From Alloprevotella sp. (GTDB lineage: Bacteria; Bacteroidota; Bacteroidia; Bacteroidales; Bacteroidaceae): 64,000 nucleotides of DNA. Below are positions 20,639 to 29,974 of this stretch, piece by piece. The first letter of the stretch is position 1, and each line of letters opens with the position of its first letter. Below the pieces are notes generated by a model that did no database searches, was not told the DNA's origin, and saw nothing but the letters and a program-made list of their open reading frames with translations. The stretch is taken from NCBI GenBank assembly GCA_045656425.1, contig JAZORE010000041.1, forward strand, positions 4,579-68,578, read 5' to 3'. The translations under genes and the position numbers were made by a program.

Positions 20639-20783
20639 CAAATTTTTCCTAAACAAACAACACAACCCATGCCTAAATTTTACATTTTTCTGTTGTTTAT
20701 CCCTCAAACGTTTATTTACACAATGCCCTTCACCGCAATAACCCACGATTTTGCAAACAACGGCTGACATTTTGAGCCTATTC

Positions 20784-20820
20784 AAAAAAAACAACGGGCA
20801 AACCTCTCAGTCTGCCCGTT
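20784..20820 (-). terminator. Intrinsic terminator closing the polysaccharide locus
   Basis: AACGGGCA...TGCCCGTT stem followed by a T run on the minus strand. Confidence 0.7.
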
Positions 20821-20884
20821 ATCATTAAATGTCTATAATCTCAACATAAAATCCGCCATCCTCAAGTCTCCAAGCGTATCTCCA

Positions 20885-21470
20885 CGTATTATTTATCAAC
20901 AAGATTAAACAGATTCCACAGATTCTCACCCTGCACAGTCATGTATTCACCCAACCTGTACGGACGTACGGTCCGTGCATCCTTAATATAAATGTCATCA
21001 ACACTCCGCAAAACTGCTGTACTCTGTCCAGGGCGTTGCCCTTCGCTGGTGGATATATCCCTATCAGGGGAAACTACACCCCGCACGGCAGTTGTACTCT
21101 GTACTCTAAACTGCCCTGCATAGCAAAACCGTACAATCAGTGTAGTCACGTTGATAAATAAAAAATCAACAGGTCAAACCGTTTTTCTCCACGGATCACA
21201 AGAATCACAAGTATAAAAGCACGGCAGTCGTACTCTGTTCTCTGTACTCTAAACAACTCCTCACTTATCAAAGAACTGCTCAGCCAACCGTTTAATCCGT
21301 ACAATCACGTTGACAAACACACACCGCACGACAGTTGTTCTCTGCACTCTAGACTTCGTTCTCCGTTGACCGCTTCCCCTCTAAACTTTAAACGTTAAAC
21401 ATTAATCGTTCCCCGTTCACTTCAGAACTTCAGAACCTCAGAACCTTTTACTTTCACCTTTCAACGTACT
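20885..21470. repeat. Mosaic of heptamer/nonamer arrays and REP-like palindromes
   Basis: Three GCACG(G/A)CAGT(T/C)GT(A/T)CTCTG...CTCTA(A/G)AC units, TTCAGAA-type heptamers, and imperfect palindromes at ~20958-20983 and ~21028-21070. Confidence 0.8.
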
Positions 21471-21473
21471 CCA

Positions 21474-21863
21474 TTAAGGCGCATACGCCCCATCCTTTGC
21501 CTCAAATATCGCGGAAGGTTCAATAACGTTAATGCTGTGCCACATGCCTGCAGGTACTTGAACGCCATATTTCCCCTCATTAGGACAAAGTGTGTATCTT
21601 GCAATTTCCTTAAATCCACCTTCACAGGTTGCGCATTCCTCATAGAACATCTCCTCTAATTTGCCGCAGAGGCAAATTACAGATTCTTCCGTACTCTCAT
21701 GTCTGTGAATGGGAACTGGAGTGCCAGGCAACAAAGCATTCAGCATTCTCTGTGAAGTGTCAGCAGAAGAGTTTCGCATATCATAATTCATACGCAAACG
21801 AGGTGAAGCCGCAGCCCCAGTCCATAACTCTTTAATAAAATCAATATCTATATTCTTCTTCAT
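21474..21863 (-). CDS. WbuC-family cupin-fold metalloprotein
   Basis: SPRLRMNYD...QRMLNALLPGTPVPIHRH...PAGMWHS...FEAKDGAYAP. Confidence 0.85.
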   Translation of the reverse strand: MKKNIDIDFIKELWTGAAASPRLRMNYDMRNSSADTSQRMLNALLPGTPVPIHRHESTEESVICLCGKLEEMFYEECATCEGGFKEIARYTLCPNEGKYGVQVPAGMWHSINVIEPSAIFEAKDGAYAP

Positions 21864-21933
21864 AATAACTATTGTTGGTTTAAAGACAACTTTCAATAAT
21901 CACAGATAGTAATCTTTATTCACGAAAAAATAA

Positions 21934-22932
21934 TCACTTCTTCAACGAAGCCAAATATTCCTCATGCAAGTGATAGTATTTCTTCTTAAAGACTACATAA
22001 GCAACCGAGAGAACCACAAATGCGCCTACTAAATATGCCCAATGCGCTAAAACGCTATTCGGACATACAAAGATAAACCCAAGTGACACGATTAACTGCA
22101 AAGCCATGTAAATACCGCTCACCTTGATATGACTCATCTTTAATTCATTTGCCATCAACTGATAAGCATGTTTACGATGCGCCTCGCCTAGATTCTCGTG
22201 TAAAAGAATACGATGACATATTGTCAAACAACCATCAACTCCATACACTAATAGGAAGAGCAACCATGTCACATCACCTGTTGTCATCACCAACTTTCCT
22301 ATAGCAAATAGCATAATGATGGCAATTCCGACACTCCCCACATCACCAGCAAAACACTTAGCCTTACCTCGTTCACGGAAGTTGAAAATACTAAACACCA
22401 ATACCGATAGGATTACCACCACCAAGAATGATTCTTCCATAAAACCAATCTTGTGGTTCATGATCAACAATGGGATTAATACCGCTAACGAATATCCAGC
22501 CGTAATACCATTGATGCCGTCCATAAAGTTTATAACGTTCGATGCCCCCACACAAACGATAAGCGCTAGCACAACAATCCACCACATTTCTGGATACAGT
22601 ATATCCAGTTGTTGGAACATCAATCCCATCGCTATAAATTGCACAACCAATCTCACACTATCTGGAAGTGAATGAATGTCATCCACAAAACTAATTCCTG
22701 CCGCCAACGTCACCGACGCTAACAACCACGGATATTGGAAACCATAAAAGGCGCTCCAAATCCACAAACCAAACAGAAAAATAATCCCCCCACCTCGTAA
22801 CACAACAGACGAGTGCGAACTTCTTTCATTAGGTTTGTCTATGATATTGCATTTGTCTGCAACCTTAAAGTAAAGTAACTCTGCAACCAAAAGAATCACA
22901 AAGATGATTCCTAAAGTAATAATTGTATTCAT
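21934..22932 (-). CDS. MraY/WecA-like undecaprenyl-phosphate sugar-1-phosphate transferase
   Basis: DKPNERSSH, RGGG, SFVDD, NFMDGINGIT, FAGDVGS, HRKHAYQ. Confidence 0.88.
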   Translation of the reverse strand: MNTIITLGIIFVILLVAELLYFKVADKCNIIDKPNERSSHSSVVLRGGGIIFLFGLWIWSAFYGFQYPWLLASVTLAAGISFVDDIHSLPDSVRLVVQFIAMGLMFQQLDILYPEMWWIVVLALIVCVGASNVINFMDGINGITAGYSLAVLIPLLIMNHKIGFMEESFLVVVILSVLVFSIFNFRERGKAKCFAGDVGSVGIAIIMLFAIGKLVMTTGDVTWLLFLLVYGVDGCLTICHRILLHENLGEAHRKHAYQLMANELKMSHIKVSGIYMALQLIVSLGFIFVCPNSVLAHWAYLVGAFVVLSVAYVVFKKKYYHLHEEYLASLKK

Positions 22933-23262
22933 AATCTAAAAAAAGAAATGCTATAGTCTAAACCTATACTGAAACCAATAGTGCAAAATTATTTAAATTC
23001 ACCTCACGACAAACAACCTTGCACGATAGTTCCGCGTAAAAATAGTATTTATCCATGAAATTCTATATCACTCACAATTTTACCTCCTTCTGAAAAAAAT
23101 GTGACCACATCGCATTAAAAAGGAATGAATGCATCGAGCAATATCCATATTGGTTAAATCGCTTAGCATTAGCAATAATTTCAAAAAACAAATCCACGCG
23201 TCGTTTAAACCAAGTCAGAGAAATCTGTCTCTTTACTTTATAGGAGATGAGTTCATCAAAAA

Positions 23263-24150
23263 TCAGCGTTTCAACGATTCTGCGATTCTCCGTAGTGAAT
23301 CTTCAAAATTCACTAACTGATAGTCAAATTCCATCTTCGACATCTCTGGATCATAATAATAAGTCGCAAACATTTTATTAATAGGTTGCAACACAAAACC
23401 ACCCAACCAAACAAACGGATTCAGCAAACGCGTAATCCACACCCTATGTCCAATCTCTTTCGCAAAAAAACGAATAATCTCCACTGTATCCGCCAATTCT
23501 CGGTTCTGTGGGTAGTACGTACCCTCTAATTCACGCAAAATTGCTTGTAACACGAACTCAGCTAGGTTATCAATGTACAACATTGAACGCTTGTTATGCC
23601 ATGCTGGGAACACAGGAGTCTTTGTCGCCAACTTTGCCAAACGAGGAAAGTTACCCTTAGCGTTCGGTCCATATATCATACAGGGACGCAGGATACACAT
23701 CTTCATCTGTCCACCTTCCGCACGTAGAGTCTTCAAACCAGTTTCCGCCTGCAGTTTACTATCTCCATAAAATCCGTTCGGGTTTGGTTCTGTCTCAACT
23801 GTCAGCACCACCTTCTTCAGCGACTGACTCTCATGAAACACTATCTGACTCGACATGAATATGAACTGCTTCACCCCTGCATTCTGAGCATGACGGGCTA
23901 TTTCTATAGTCAAATCACGATTCACCTTATAATATAACGGTTCCATTTTAGGTTCAGCATTCACATGAGCGATACCCGCCACATGAAACACCACATCATA
24001 CTGACTAAAATCCGCCTGTTTCCAATTATCCCCCATCGTATCAACGGCATCAATTTGAAATGACGATTCCTTTGCCAATATATATTTACGCACGCTCTCA
24101 CCTACATAAGAGCCTGCTCCAGTAATTAATATTTTCTTCATTGTGTTCAT
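23263..24150 (-). CDS. NAD-dependent epimerase/dehydratase (UDP-sugar)
   Basis: ITGAGSYVG, HVAGIAH, YGDSK, RPCMIYG. Confidence 0.85.
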   Translation of the reverse strand: MNTMKKILITGAGSYVGESVRKYILAKESSFQIDAVDTMGDNWKQADFSQYDVVFHVAGIAHVNAEPKMEPLYYKVNRDLTIEIARHAQNAGVKQFIFMSSQIVFHESQSLKKVVLTVETEPNPNGFYGDSKLQAETGLKTLRAEGGQMKMCILRPCMIYGPNAKGNFPRLAKLATKTPVFPAWHNKRSMLYIDNLAEFVLQAILRELEGTYYPQNRELADTVEIIRFFAKEIGHRVWITRLLNPFVWLGGFVLQPINKMFATYYYDPEMSKMEFDYQLVNFEDSLRRIAESLKR

Positions 24151-24174
24151 TATTTTTACATATTCTTATAAGAA

Positions 24175-25413
24175 CTATTTCAATAATCTTCCACACAACT
24201 CCACATATTGTGTAGTCACAATATCTTTCGTATATTGTTTTTTTATAACACTCTCACCCTTATATCCCATGTCACGAAGTTGATCGCGTGTTATAGAACT
24301 CAACCATTTTGCCATCTCATCCGTTTTCTGCTCCAAATCATGCGAAGTTACCAACTTAGCACAACCCACAGAACTAAGAAAATTCACTATAGGGGTATTC
24401 TGCCCTGAACATACAACAAGCGGACGACCACAAGCCATAATGGTATACACTTTGGAAGGGAATCCCATACCTTCCATCTCTGGTGTCATAAATATATACT
24501 GAGCATCACTATATGATAGAATCGCTGGCATCAAATGCCTTGGTTGATATGGAAGCACATGCAACTTATCCAATCCTAATTCACTTTTCTTATCTTCCAC
24601 ATACCCCTTTCTAACCCCCTCTCCTATCAAGAAATACTCCACATTTAAATCCTTTGTCTTCTCAGCCAAACGCACCAACGGTTCCCAATCCTGTGCAAAA
24701 CCTATGTTACCAGCATACAACAACTTAATACTATCTGTATCTGGGAAGAGCGACTTATCTAACTTTTCCGTACTTACTCCTGAACGATACAAATCCGTAT
24801 CCACAAAATTTGGAATAATATGCAAATGCTCTGGTACTTTGAATCTGCTCACAATAGTATCATAGAACACCTGATCTATAGTAGTAATTGCATCACTACT
24901 ATTATAAACCTTACGTTCCAACTTGCTCAGCACATTAAAAACTAATCCATCTTTCTTACCCAAGATGTCTGGATAAATCTCTTGCACATTATATACGACT
25001 TTACATCCCTTTATCTTAGCAAGCCAAAGGTTCAAAAGACCGATGGTAAGAGGAGGAGATGGACTTAGTATCACATCCACATTCTTGATACTCAAACCAA
25101 CAAAGAAACTTACAATATGCCAGTACACAAAACCTATCAATCGGAGCAAAGTACTTTTAAATTTTTTCTGAGGTACATGAAACACCTCTATACCTTTGTA
25201 AAAACTTTTCTTAAACACCCCCCAAACACCCCACTTCATCGGTTGTTCTGCCAATTGTTCCTGCACTACATTAAAGTGAGGGGTAGTACTCAGCACTACC
25301 ACATCATAGCCCTTTTTCTGAAAAGCCAAGGCTATATCATTATATAGATATGCTGTGCTCACTCCGTCTGGACTGAAGATCAGACTATGTATTAGGATTT
25401 TCTTTTTTTCCAT
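24175..25413 (-). CDS. GT4 glycosyltransferase, WbuB-like (candidate L-FucNAc transferase)
   Basis: SPSPPL, VQEIYPD, YAGNIGFAQ, PSKVYTIMACGRP; co-located with the FucNAc synthesis genes. Confidence 0.8.
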   Translation of the reverse strand: MEKKKILIHSLIFSPDGVSTAYLYNDIALAFQKKGYDVVVLSTTPHFNVVQEQLAEQPMKWGVWGVFKKSFYKGIEVFHVPQKKFKSTLLRLIGFVYWHIVSFFVGLSIKNVDVILSPSPPLTIGLLNLWLAKIKGCKVVYNVQEIYPDILGKKDGLVFNVLSKLERKVYNSSDAITTIDQVFYDTIVSRFKVPEHLHIIPNFVDTDLYRSGVSTEKLDKSLFPDTDSIKLLYAGNIGFAQDWEPLVRLAEKTKDLNVEYFLIGEGVRKGYVEDKKSELGLDKLHVLPYQPRHLMPAILSYSDAQYIFMTPEMEGMGFPSKVYTIMACGRPLVVCSGQNTPIVNFLSSVGCAKLVTSHDLEQKTDEMAKWLSSITRDQLRDMGYKGESVIKKQYTKDIVTTQYVELCGRLLK

Positions 25414-25423
25414 ATTCAGTATT

Positions 25424-26605
25424 CTAATTTATATCTTCGATTTTATCACGACTAGCCTTCAAATTCTCCCACGCCTTCATCACTTCTCGCAAGATAAAAC
25501 TAATGTCTATAAGCTTATCATGATATTCATAATCATTATAGACACCATATTTTACCACAAATGAAAGGAATGATTCCTCGTTTCTTGTAAATGCCTCTAC
25601 ATATAAGTCTTCAAAGCGTTTTCTACATTCTATAGCCTCTTCTACCATTACCTTGATATAATCTCGCAAGAAAATGCCGACCTTAAAATCTGGACAATAA
25701 TGTGAAATTGTAACCAATTGAAGATGCAACTGTTTATAATCAGGCAAAATGGTATGGTCATAATGACTCATCGAACTATACAAGAAATGCATCCCTTTAT
25801 CGAAATCTTGGAAATGTTCAAAAAAATCATCATCATCAAAGACCCATGGACACTTACGCTTAACTTCCTCGATATGCTTAAACATCCCAGAAGATTTTAT
25901 CAGTTCAATTGCATCTTCAGACTTTTCTGGCTGCTGTTGAGCGACCAATAAAGCCTGTGTTAGTTCCTGTATATCTTCATTATATAAAACACTTAAAGAC
26001 GCAAATAATTGTGCATTTGGACTTTCTGCCTCATCTTTTTCACGTAAAGCCTGATTATTCATTATCACCTCCGTCATCTCATCAGTAAACGGAACGAGAA
26101 CATCAACTACTTCTTCCAAAAGTTCTGATTGCAAGAAATCATCCGGTTCGCAATAATCAGCATTAGGTAACAAGTTAATTCCTTCACATGCATATGCTTG
26201 TGCTACAAGACGAGAACAGAAAGAGCGATTGGTGTCGTTCTTACGATCTGTATTTTTTAAGACCCTCACATATCTGAACTTCTTAGTGTCCTCATATTCA
26301 CGCCCCATTTTTTGACGAGCAGCTCGAGTAACACTTTCTCGTGTAATCGGAGAGCTTGATTTCATCCTCAAAACACAAGCATCTTCAATATTTCGGAATG
26401 CATACGAATAAATGTGTGTCATTACATCATACGCGCCATTAGCTTCCATGAGATAAGCATCACCTAAATATATGGCGGCATGCTCATATTTACATCCTAT
26501 TTTCTCTCTCAACCTCTCCTCATATGTATTCATCAGAAGAATATCTCCTGGCAATAATACATAAGGATTGAAGATGTAACCTATTTCTTCTTTTTGTAGA
26601 ATCAT
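25424..26605 (-). CDS. YiiX/YebB-like permuted NlpC/P60 cysteine hydrolase with a helical C-terminal domain
   Basis: PGDILL...HAAIYLG...EA...FCSRLVAQAY, with His before Cys. Confidence 0.7.
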   Translation of the reverse strand: MILQKEEIGYIFNPYVLLPGDILLMNTYEERLREKIGCKYEHAAIYLGDAYLMEANGAYDVMTHIYSYAFRNIEDACVLRMKSSSPITRESVTRAARQKMGREYEDTKKFRYVRVLKNTDRKNDTNRSFCSRLVAQAYACEGINLLPNADYCEPDDFLQSELLEEVVDVLVPFTDEMTEVIMNNQALREKDEAESPNAQLFASLSVLYNEDIQELTQALLVAQQQPEKSEDAIELIKSSGMFKHIEEVKRKCPWVFDDDDFFEHFQDFDKGMHFLYSSMSHYDHTILPDYKQLHLQLVTISHYCPDFKVGIFLRDYIKVMVEEAIECRKRFEDLYVEAFTRNEESFLSFVVKYGVYNDYEYHDKLIDISFILREVMKAWENLKASRDKIEDIN

Positions 26606-26628
26606 ATTCTAATACTTATGATATAGAC

Positions 26629-27720
26629 TTATCTCACCATTCTCTTCCAACACCAATGATAAACAATCCAAATAGGCGCCCAAATAACATCTGAAGGATA
26701 ATGCGACAACAGGTGAAGATTATGCTTTAAAATTTTTCTTACGGAGTTCAACTTACCTTTTCCAGAAACAGTGTTCAATCTATCATCAAAATGACCGAAG
26801 TTACCCCCTGCCATCACCTGTTCAAGAATGTATCGACCTTCTTTCTCGTTAGGTTCGTATAATAGATACAGCTTTTCCAAACCAAAGATAGTTTGCATTA
26901 TCCACATCACGCCTTTTGCGAAACGCGTCATTCCAAACATCTCAATAACTTGTTTTGCATTTGACCTGTATTCTTGTTCGCAAGTTACTTTCAACACAAA
27001 GTAGTAATCCATCAATTGTCTCAGTCCAATCCCCGCATACAAGAAGTGTCGATAGATATGGAGGAGAATATAGAACAGATTAAACTCTGTTGAGGGGGTT
27101 ACGAGCGAACCGTTCTGGTGAAAAATCTGCCTCTGTGTTTCATCTGAAAGAAACCACCTTTGAAGTCTCCTATTTTTAATAAGGTTGAGAAAGACTTCTG
27201 GACGATAGTGCACTTCTACTTCTGTTTCTTTAAAGATATTCAAGTGCAAGTGCTTATAATCCCAATCGAGTTTTTTTTGATGAATGGAATGGGCATACTC
27301 AATTGTTTTTTTTCTGCCACAATCTACATACACATCAATATCTCCAGGCATTCTAAAATTCGTCAACGTTCCATAAAGCGCTGCCATTCCTTGGCCTTTC
27401 AAAATAGAACTATTGATGCCTCTCAAACTGAACTGAGATTGTAGTTCCGCACATCTTGAGTTCATCAATTCATTTCGCTGTTGTATTTGAGCGGCTGCAC
27501 GCAACCACTGAATATAAATTTTCTTAGGAATATTTGAATCTACGTTAGCCGTCCTTAGAGTTTCTATGTATCTCCGTACGCCTATAAAGCAAATTCCAAT
27601 TAACGACTGCTTCAGTGCTATATGATAGAGTTCCTTCCATTCTTTCTCTAAAGGATGACAAGACAGTTTATCAATTGTTCCTAATGAAAGTTGTACTAAT
27701 GAAAAGAAAAGTGAATGCAT
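26629..27720 (-). CDS. Uncharacterised nucleotidyltransferase (NTP_transf_5-like)
   Basis: ILKGQG, RMPGDIDVYV, EVEVH, HIYRHFL.GIGLRQLMDYY. Confidence 0.75.
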   Translation of the reverse strand: MHSLFFSLVQLSLGTIDKLSCHPLEKEWKELYHIALKQSLIGICFIGVRRYIETLRTANVDSNIPKKIYIQWLRAAAQIQQRNELMNSRCAELQSQFSLRGINSSILKGQGMAALYGTLTNFRMPGDIDVYVDCGRKKTIEYAHSIHQKKLDWDYKHLHLNIFKETEVEVHYRPEVFLNLIKNRRLQRWFLSDETQRQIFHQNGSLVTPSTEFNLFYILLHIYRHFLYAGIGLRQLMDYYFVLKVTCEQEYRSNAKQVIEMFGMTRFAKGVMWIMQTIFGLEKLYLLYEPNEKEGRYILEQVMAGGNFGHFDDRLNTVSGKGKLNSVRKILKHNLHLLSHYPSDVIWAPIWIVYHWCWKRMVR

Positions 27721-27813
27721 AATTCTACAATGATCAAACCTTGCATTAGACTTTCAAATCGAATCCAAAGACACTAAAGGCAACTTTAAATACTAATACG
27801 AAAGAACAAGGTT

Positions 27814-28206
27814 TTACTTCATCAAATCTTCTTCTCCTAATGGAGCATATGCCCCATCCTTAGCTTCGAAAATAACCGTACCCGACTCTAATACATCTAT
27901 GTCATGCCATTGTCCGGCAGGAATCTGAAGAACAGAGCAATCTCCTCCGACTTCCATCAGATTTTCCTCTGTCATCTCTCCGGCATCATTATAAAATCGT
28001 TCCATCAAACGACCGCGCACGACAACCACAGTTTCAGCGCTTCCACGATGACGATGAATAGGAACTTGCGTGCCAGGTTCGATCGCATTAAGCATGCGTT
28101 GTGATTGATCATTACTGGATGTACGCAAATCCATACTCATTCTCAACCGCTCACTTGCCTTCGCTTGAGTAGTGAGATTATCTAAAATTTCTTGTGTAAT
28201 TTTCAT
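27814..28206 (-). CDS. WbuC-family cupin-fold metalloprotein (second copy)
   Basis: SERLRMSMDLR, QRMLNAIEPGTQVPIHRH, PAGQWH, FEAKDGAYAP. Confidence 0.85.
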   Translation of the reverse strand: MKITQEILDNLTTQAKASERLRMSMDLRTSSNDQSQRMLNAIEPGTQVPIHRHRGSAETVVVVRGRLMERFYNDAGEMTEENLMEVGGDCSVLQIPAGQWHDIDVLESGTVIFEAKDGAYAPLGEEDLMK

Positions 28207-28220
28207 AATTATTATATAAT

Positions 28221-28290
28221 TACAGGTTACAGGTTACGAATTACAGATTATGAACAGAAGAACTAACCTGTCACCAGTAACCTGTCACCT
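28221..28290. repeat. Inverted pair of heptamer arrays with no gene between them
   Basis: tacaggt tacaggt tacgaat tacagat ... taacctg tcaccag taacctg tcacctc. Confidence 0.75.
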
Positions 28291-28299
28291 CACGAACAT

Positions 28300-29454
28300 T
28301 TACTCCTTTCTCCAAACCATCTTGTTCACCACTCCCGTGTAGCTCTGAATCAACTTCACTACCTTTGTGCTGACATTTTCATCTACGTAATTGGGAACGG
28401 GGATTCCATGGTCACCTTCCTTGTTCATTTCTACTGCCACATCAACCGCTTGCAACAAGTCGTGTTCGTTGATACCAGCCAAAACGAAACATCCCTTATC
28501 CAAAGCTTCAGGACGTTCTGTTGAAGTACGGATGCACACAGCAGGGAAGGGATGTCCTACAGATGTGAAGAACGAAATTTCTTCAGGGAGTGTTCCAGAG
28601 TCAGAAACCACAGCGAACGCATTCATCTGGAGACAGTTGTAGTCATGGAAGCCAAGAGGTTCCTGACGAATCACGCTCGGATCCAGTTGGAATCCAGATG
28701 CTTCCAATCTATTGCGACTTCTGGGGTGACAACTATACAGAATAGGCATATCGTACTTTTCTGCCATCTTATTGATTGCAGTAAAGAGCGACACAAAATT
28801 CTTTTCGGTGTCAATGTTCTCTTCACGGTGTGCGCTGAGCAAAATGTATTTGCCCTTTTCAAGTCCAAGGCGCTTGTGTACATCACTGGTCTCAATCTCA
28901 GTAAGGTTCTCATGAAGAACCTCTGCCATGGGCGAACCACTCACGTATGTGCGTTGTGGAGCTACGTTGCTTGCATTAAGGTAACGACGTGCATGTTCAG
29001 AATAGCAAATGTTCACATCAGAGATGATATCCACGATACGACGATTGGTTTCCTCAGGTAAACATTCGTCCCAACAACGATTGCCCGCTTCCATATGGAA
29101 GATTGGGATATGTAGACGCTTCGCACCAATCACACTCAAACATGAATTGGTATCACCCAATACTAAAACAGCATCAGGCTTGATCTGCACCATCAATTTG
29201 TAACTCTTATCAATGATGTTTCCCATAGTCGCACCAAGGTCATCACCCACAGCATCCAAATACACCTCGGGATCTGCCAATTTGAGGTCCTTGAAGAACA
29301 CACCATTTAAATTGTAGTCATAGTTCTGACCTGTATGTGCCAAAACTGTATCGAAATACTTGCGACACTTATTGATTACTGCCGCCAAACGGATAATCTC
29401 AGGGCGGGTACCCACGATTATCAATAATTTAAGTTTACCGTTATTTTTGAACAT
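28300..29454 (-). CDS. UDP-sugar 2-epimerase (FnlC/WbjD-type)
   Basis: VGTRPEIIRL, HTGQNYD, GDTNS, HMEAGNR, SDSGTLPEE. Confidence 0.88.
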   Translation of the reverse strand: MFKNNGKLKLLIIVGTRPEIIRLAAVINKCRKYFDTVLAHTGQNYDYNLNGVFFKDLKLADPEVYLDAVGDDLGATMGNIIDKSYKLMVQIKPDAVLVLGDTNSCLSVIGAKRLHIPIFHMEAGNRCWDECLPEETNRRIVDIISDVNICYSEHARRYLNASNVAPQRTYVSGSPMAEVLHENLTEIETSDVHKRLGLEKGKYILLSAHREENIDTEKNFVSLFTAINKMAEKYDMPILYSCHPRSRNRLEASGFQLDPSVIRQEPLGFHDYNCLQMNAFAVVSDSGTLPEEISFFTSVGHPFPAVCIRTSTERPEALDKGCFVLAGINEHDLLQAVDVAVEMNKEGDHGIPVPNYVDENVSTKVVKLIQSYTGVVNKMVWRKE

Positions 29455-29493
29455 AGTTTTTTTGTTTTTATGGGAGAGAAAGGGGAGAGAGGG

Positions 29494-29880
29494 TTAACTC
29501 ATGTATTTACGTCCTTTCGACTCAAATGATTTAATTGTTTTTATTAAGTTAAGGATTCCTGCACCAAGTTTACGACAATCTGTATACATCTGGTTATATG
29601 TTTCAAGGGATATAAATCCAACATCATACGCTCTATTTATCTGTGATCTAAATTCGCCACACGAACCTTTAGCTATATAAAGGAATTGAAGAAACTCCTT
29701 ATTACCTTGCCGTTCAAAACCTTCCGCTATATTATCACTGATAGACCCTGAAGCTGCACGCATCTGCTGTACAAATCTTGAATCATACTTAAACTCTCCT
29801 TCTCGTGTAATCTGATACACCTGTTTGGCAAGTTCACGCGATTGCTGATAAATAGCGAGTTCTTCAAAATCAGAAACCAT
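29494..29880 (-). CDS. Four-helix-bundle protein (23S rRNA IVS-protein family)
   Basis: FEELAIYQ, QMRAASGSISDNIAEGFER, FLYIAKGSCGEFRSQ. Confidence 0.88.
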   Translation of the reverse strand: MVSDFEELAIYQQSRELAKQVYQITREGEFKYDSRFVQQMRAASGSISDNIAEGFERQGNKEFLQFLYIAKGSCGEFRSQINRAYDVGFISLETYNQMYTDCRKLGAGILNLIKTIKSFESKGRKYMS

Positions 29881-29974
29881 TCTTTACTATCTTTACTTTT
29901 CTCACCCTCTTTACTTTCTCTACTTTCGTTACTCTCTTTACTCTCCTTACCCTCTCAACCCTCCTTACCCTCTC
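29881..29974. repeat. Nonamer tandem array (CTTTACTCT-like), inverted relative to the purine-rich tract at 29472-29495
   Basis: About ten degenerate 9-mers read directly. Confidence 0.8.

Noticed and set aside
20889-21149. 86-aa ORF in the repeat mosaic
   Set aside because: It is a translation of repeat units with a non-ATG start and no recognisable protein features.
20885-21470. Possible CRISPR array
   Set aside because: Units are degenerate, unevenly spaced and built from heptamers; there are no constant-length unique spacers and no cas genes.
29494-29880. Diversity-generating retroelement (four-helix bundle resembles Avd)
   Set aside because: No reverse transcriptase and no TR/VR pair with adenine-specific mismatches was seen in the window.
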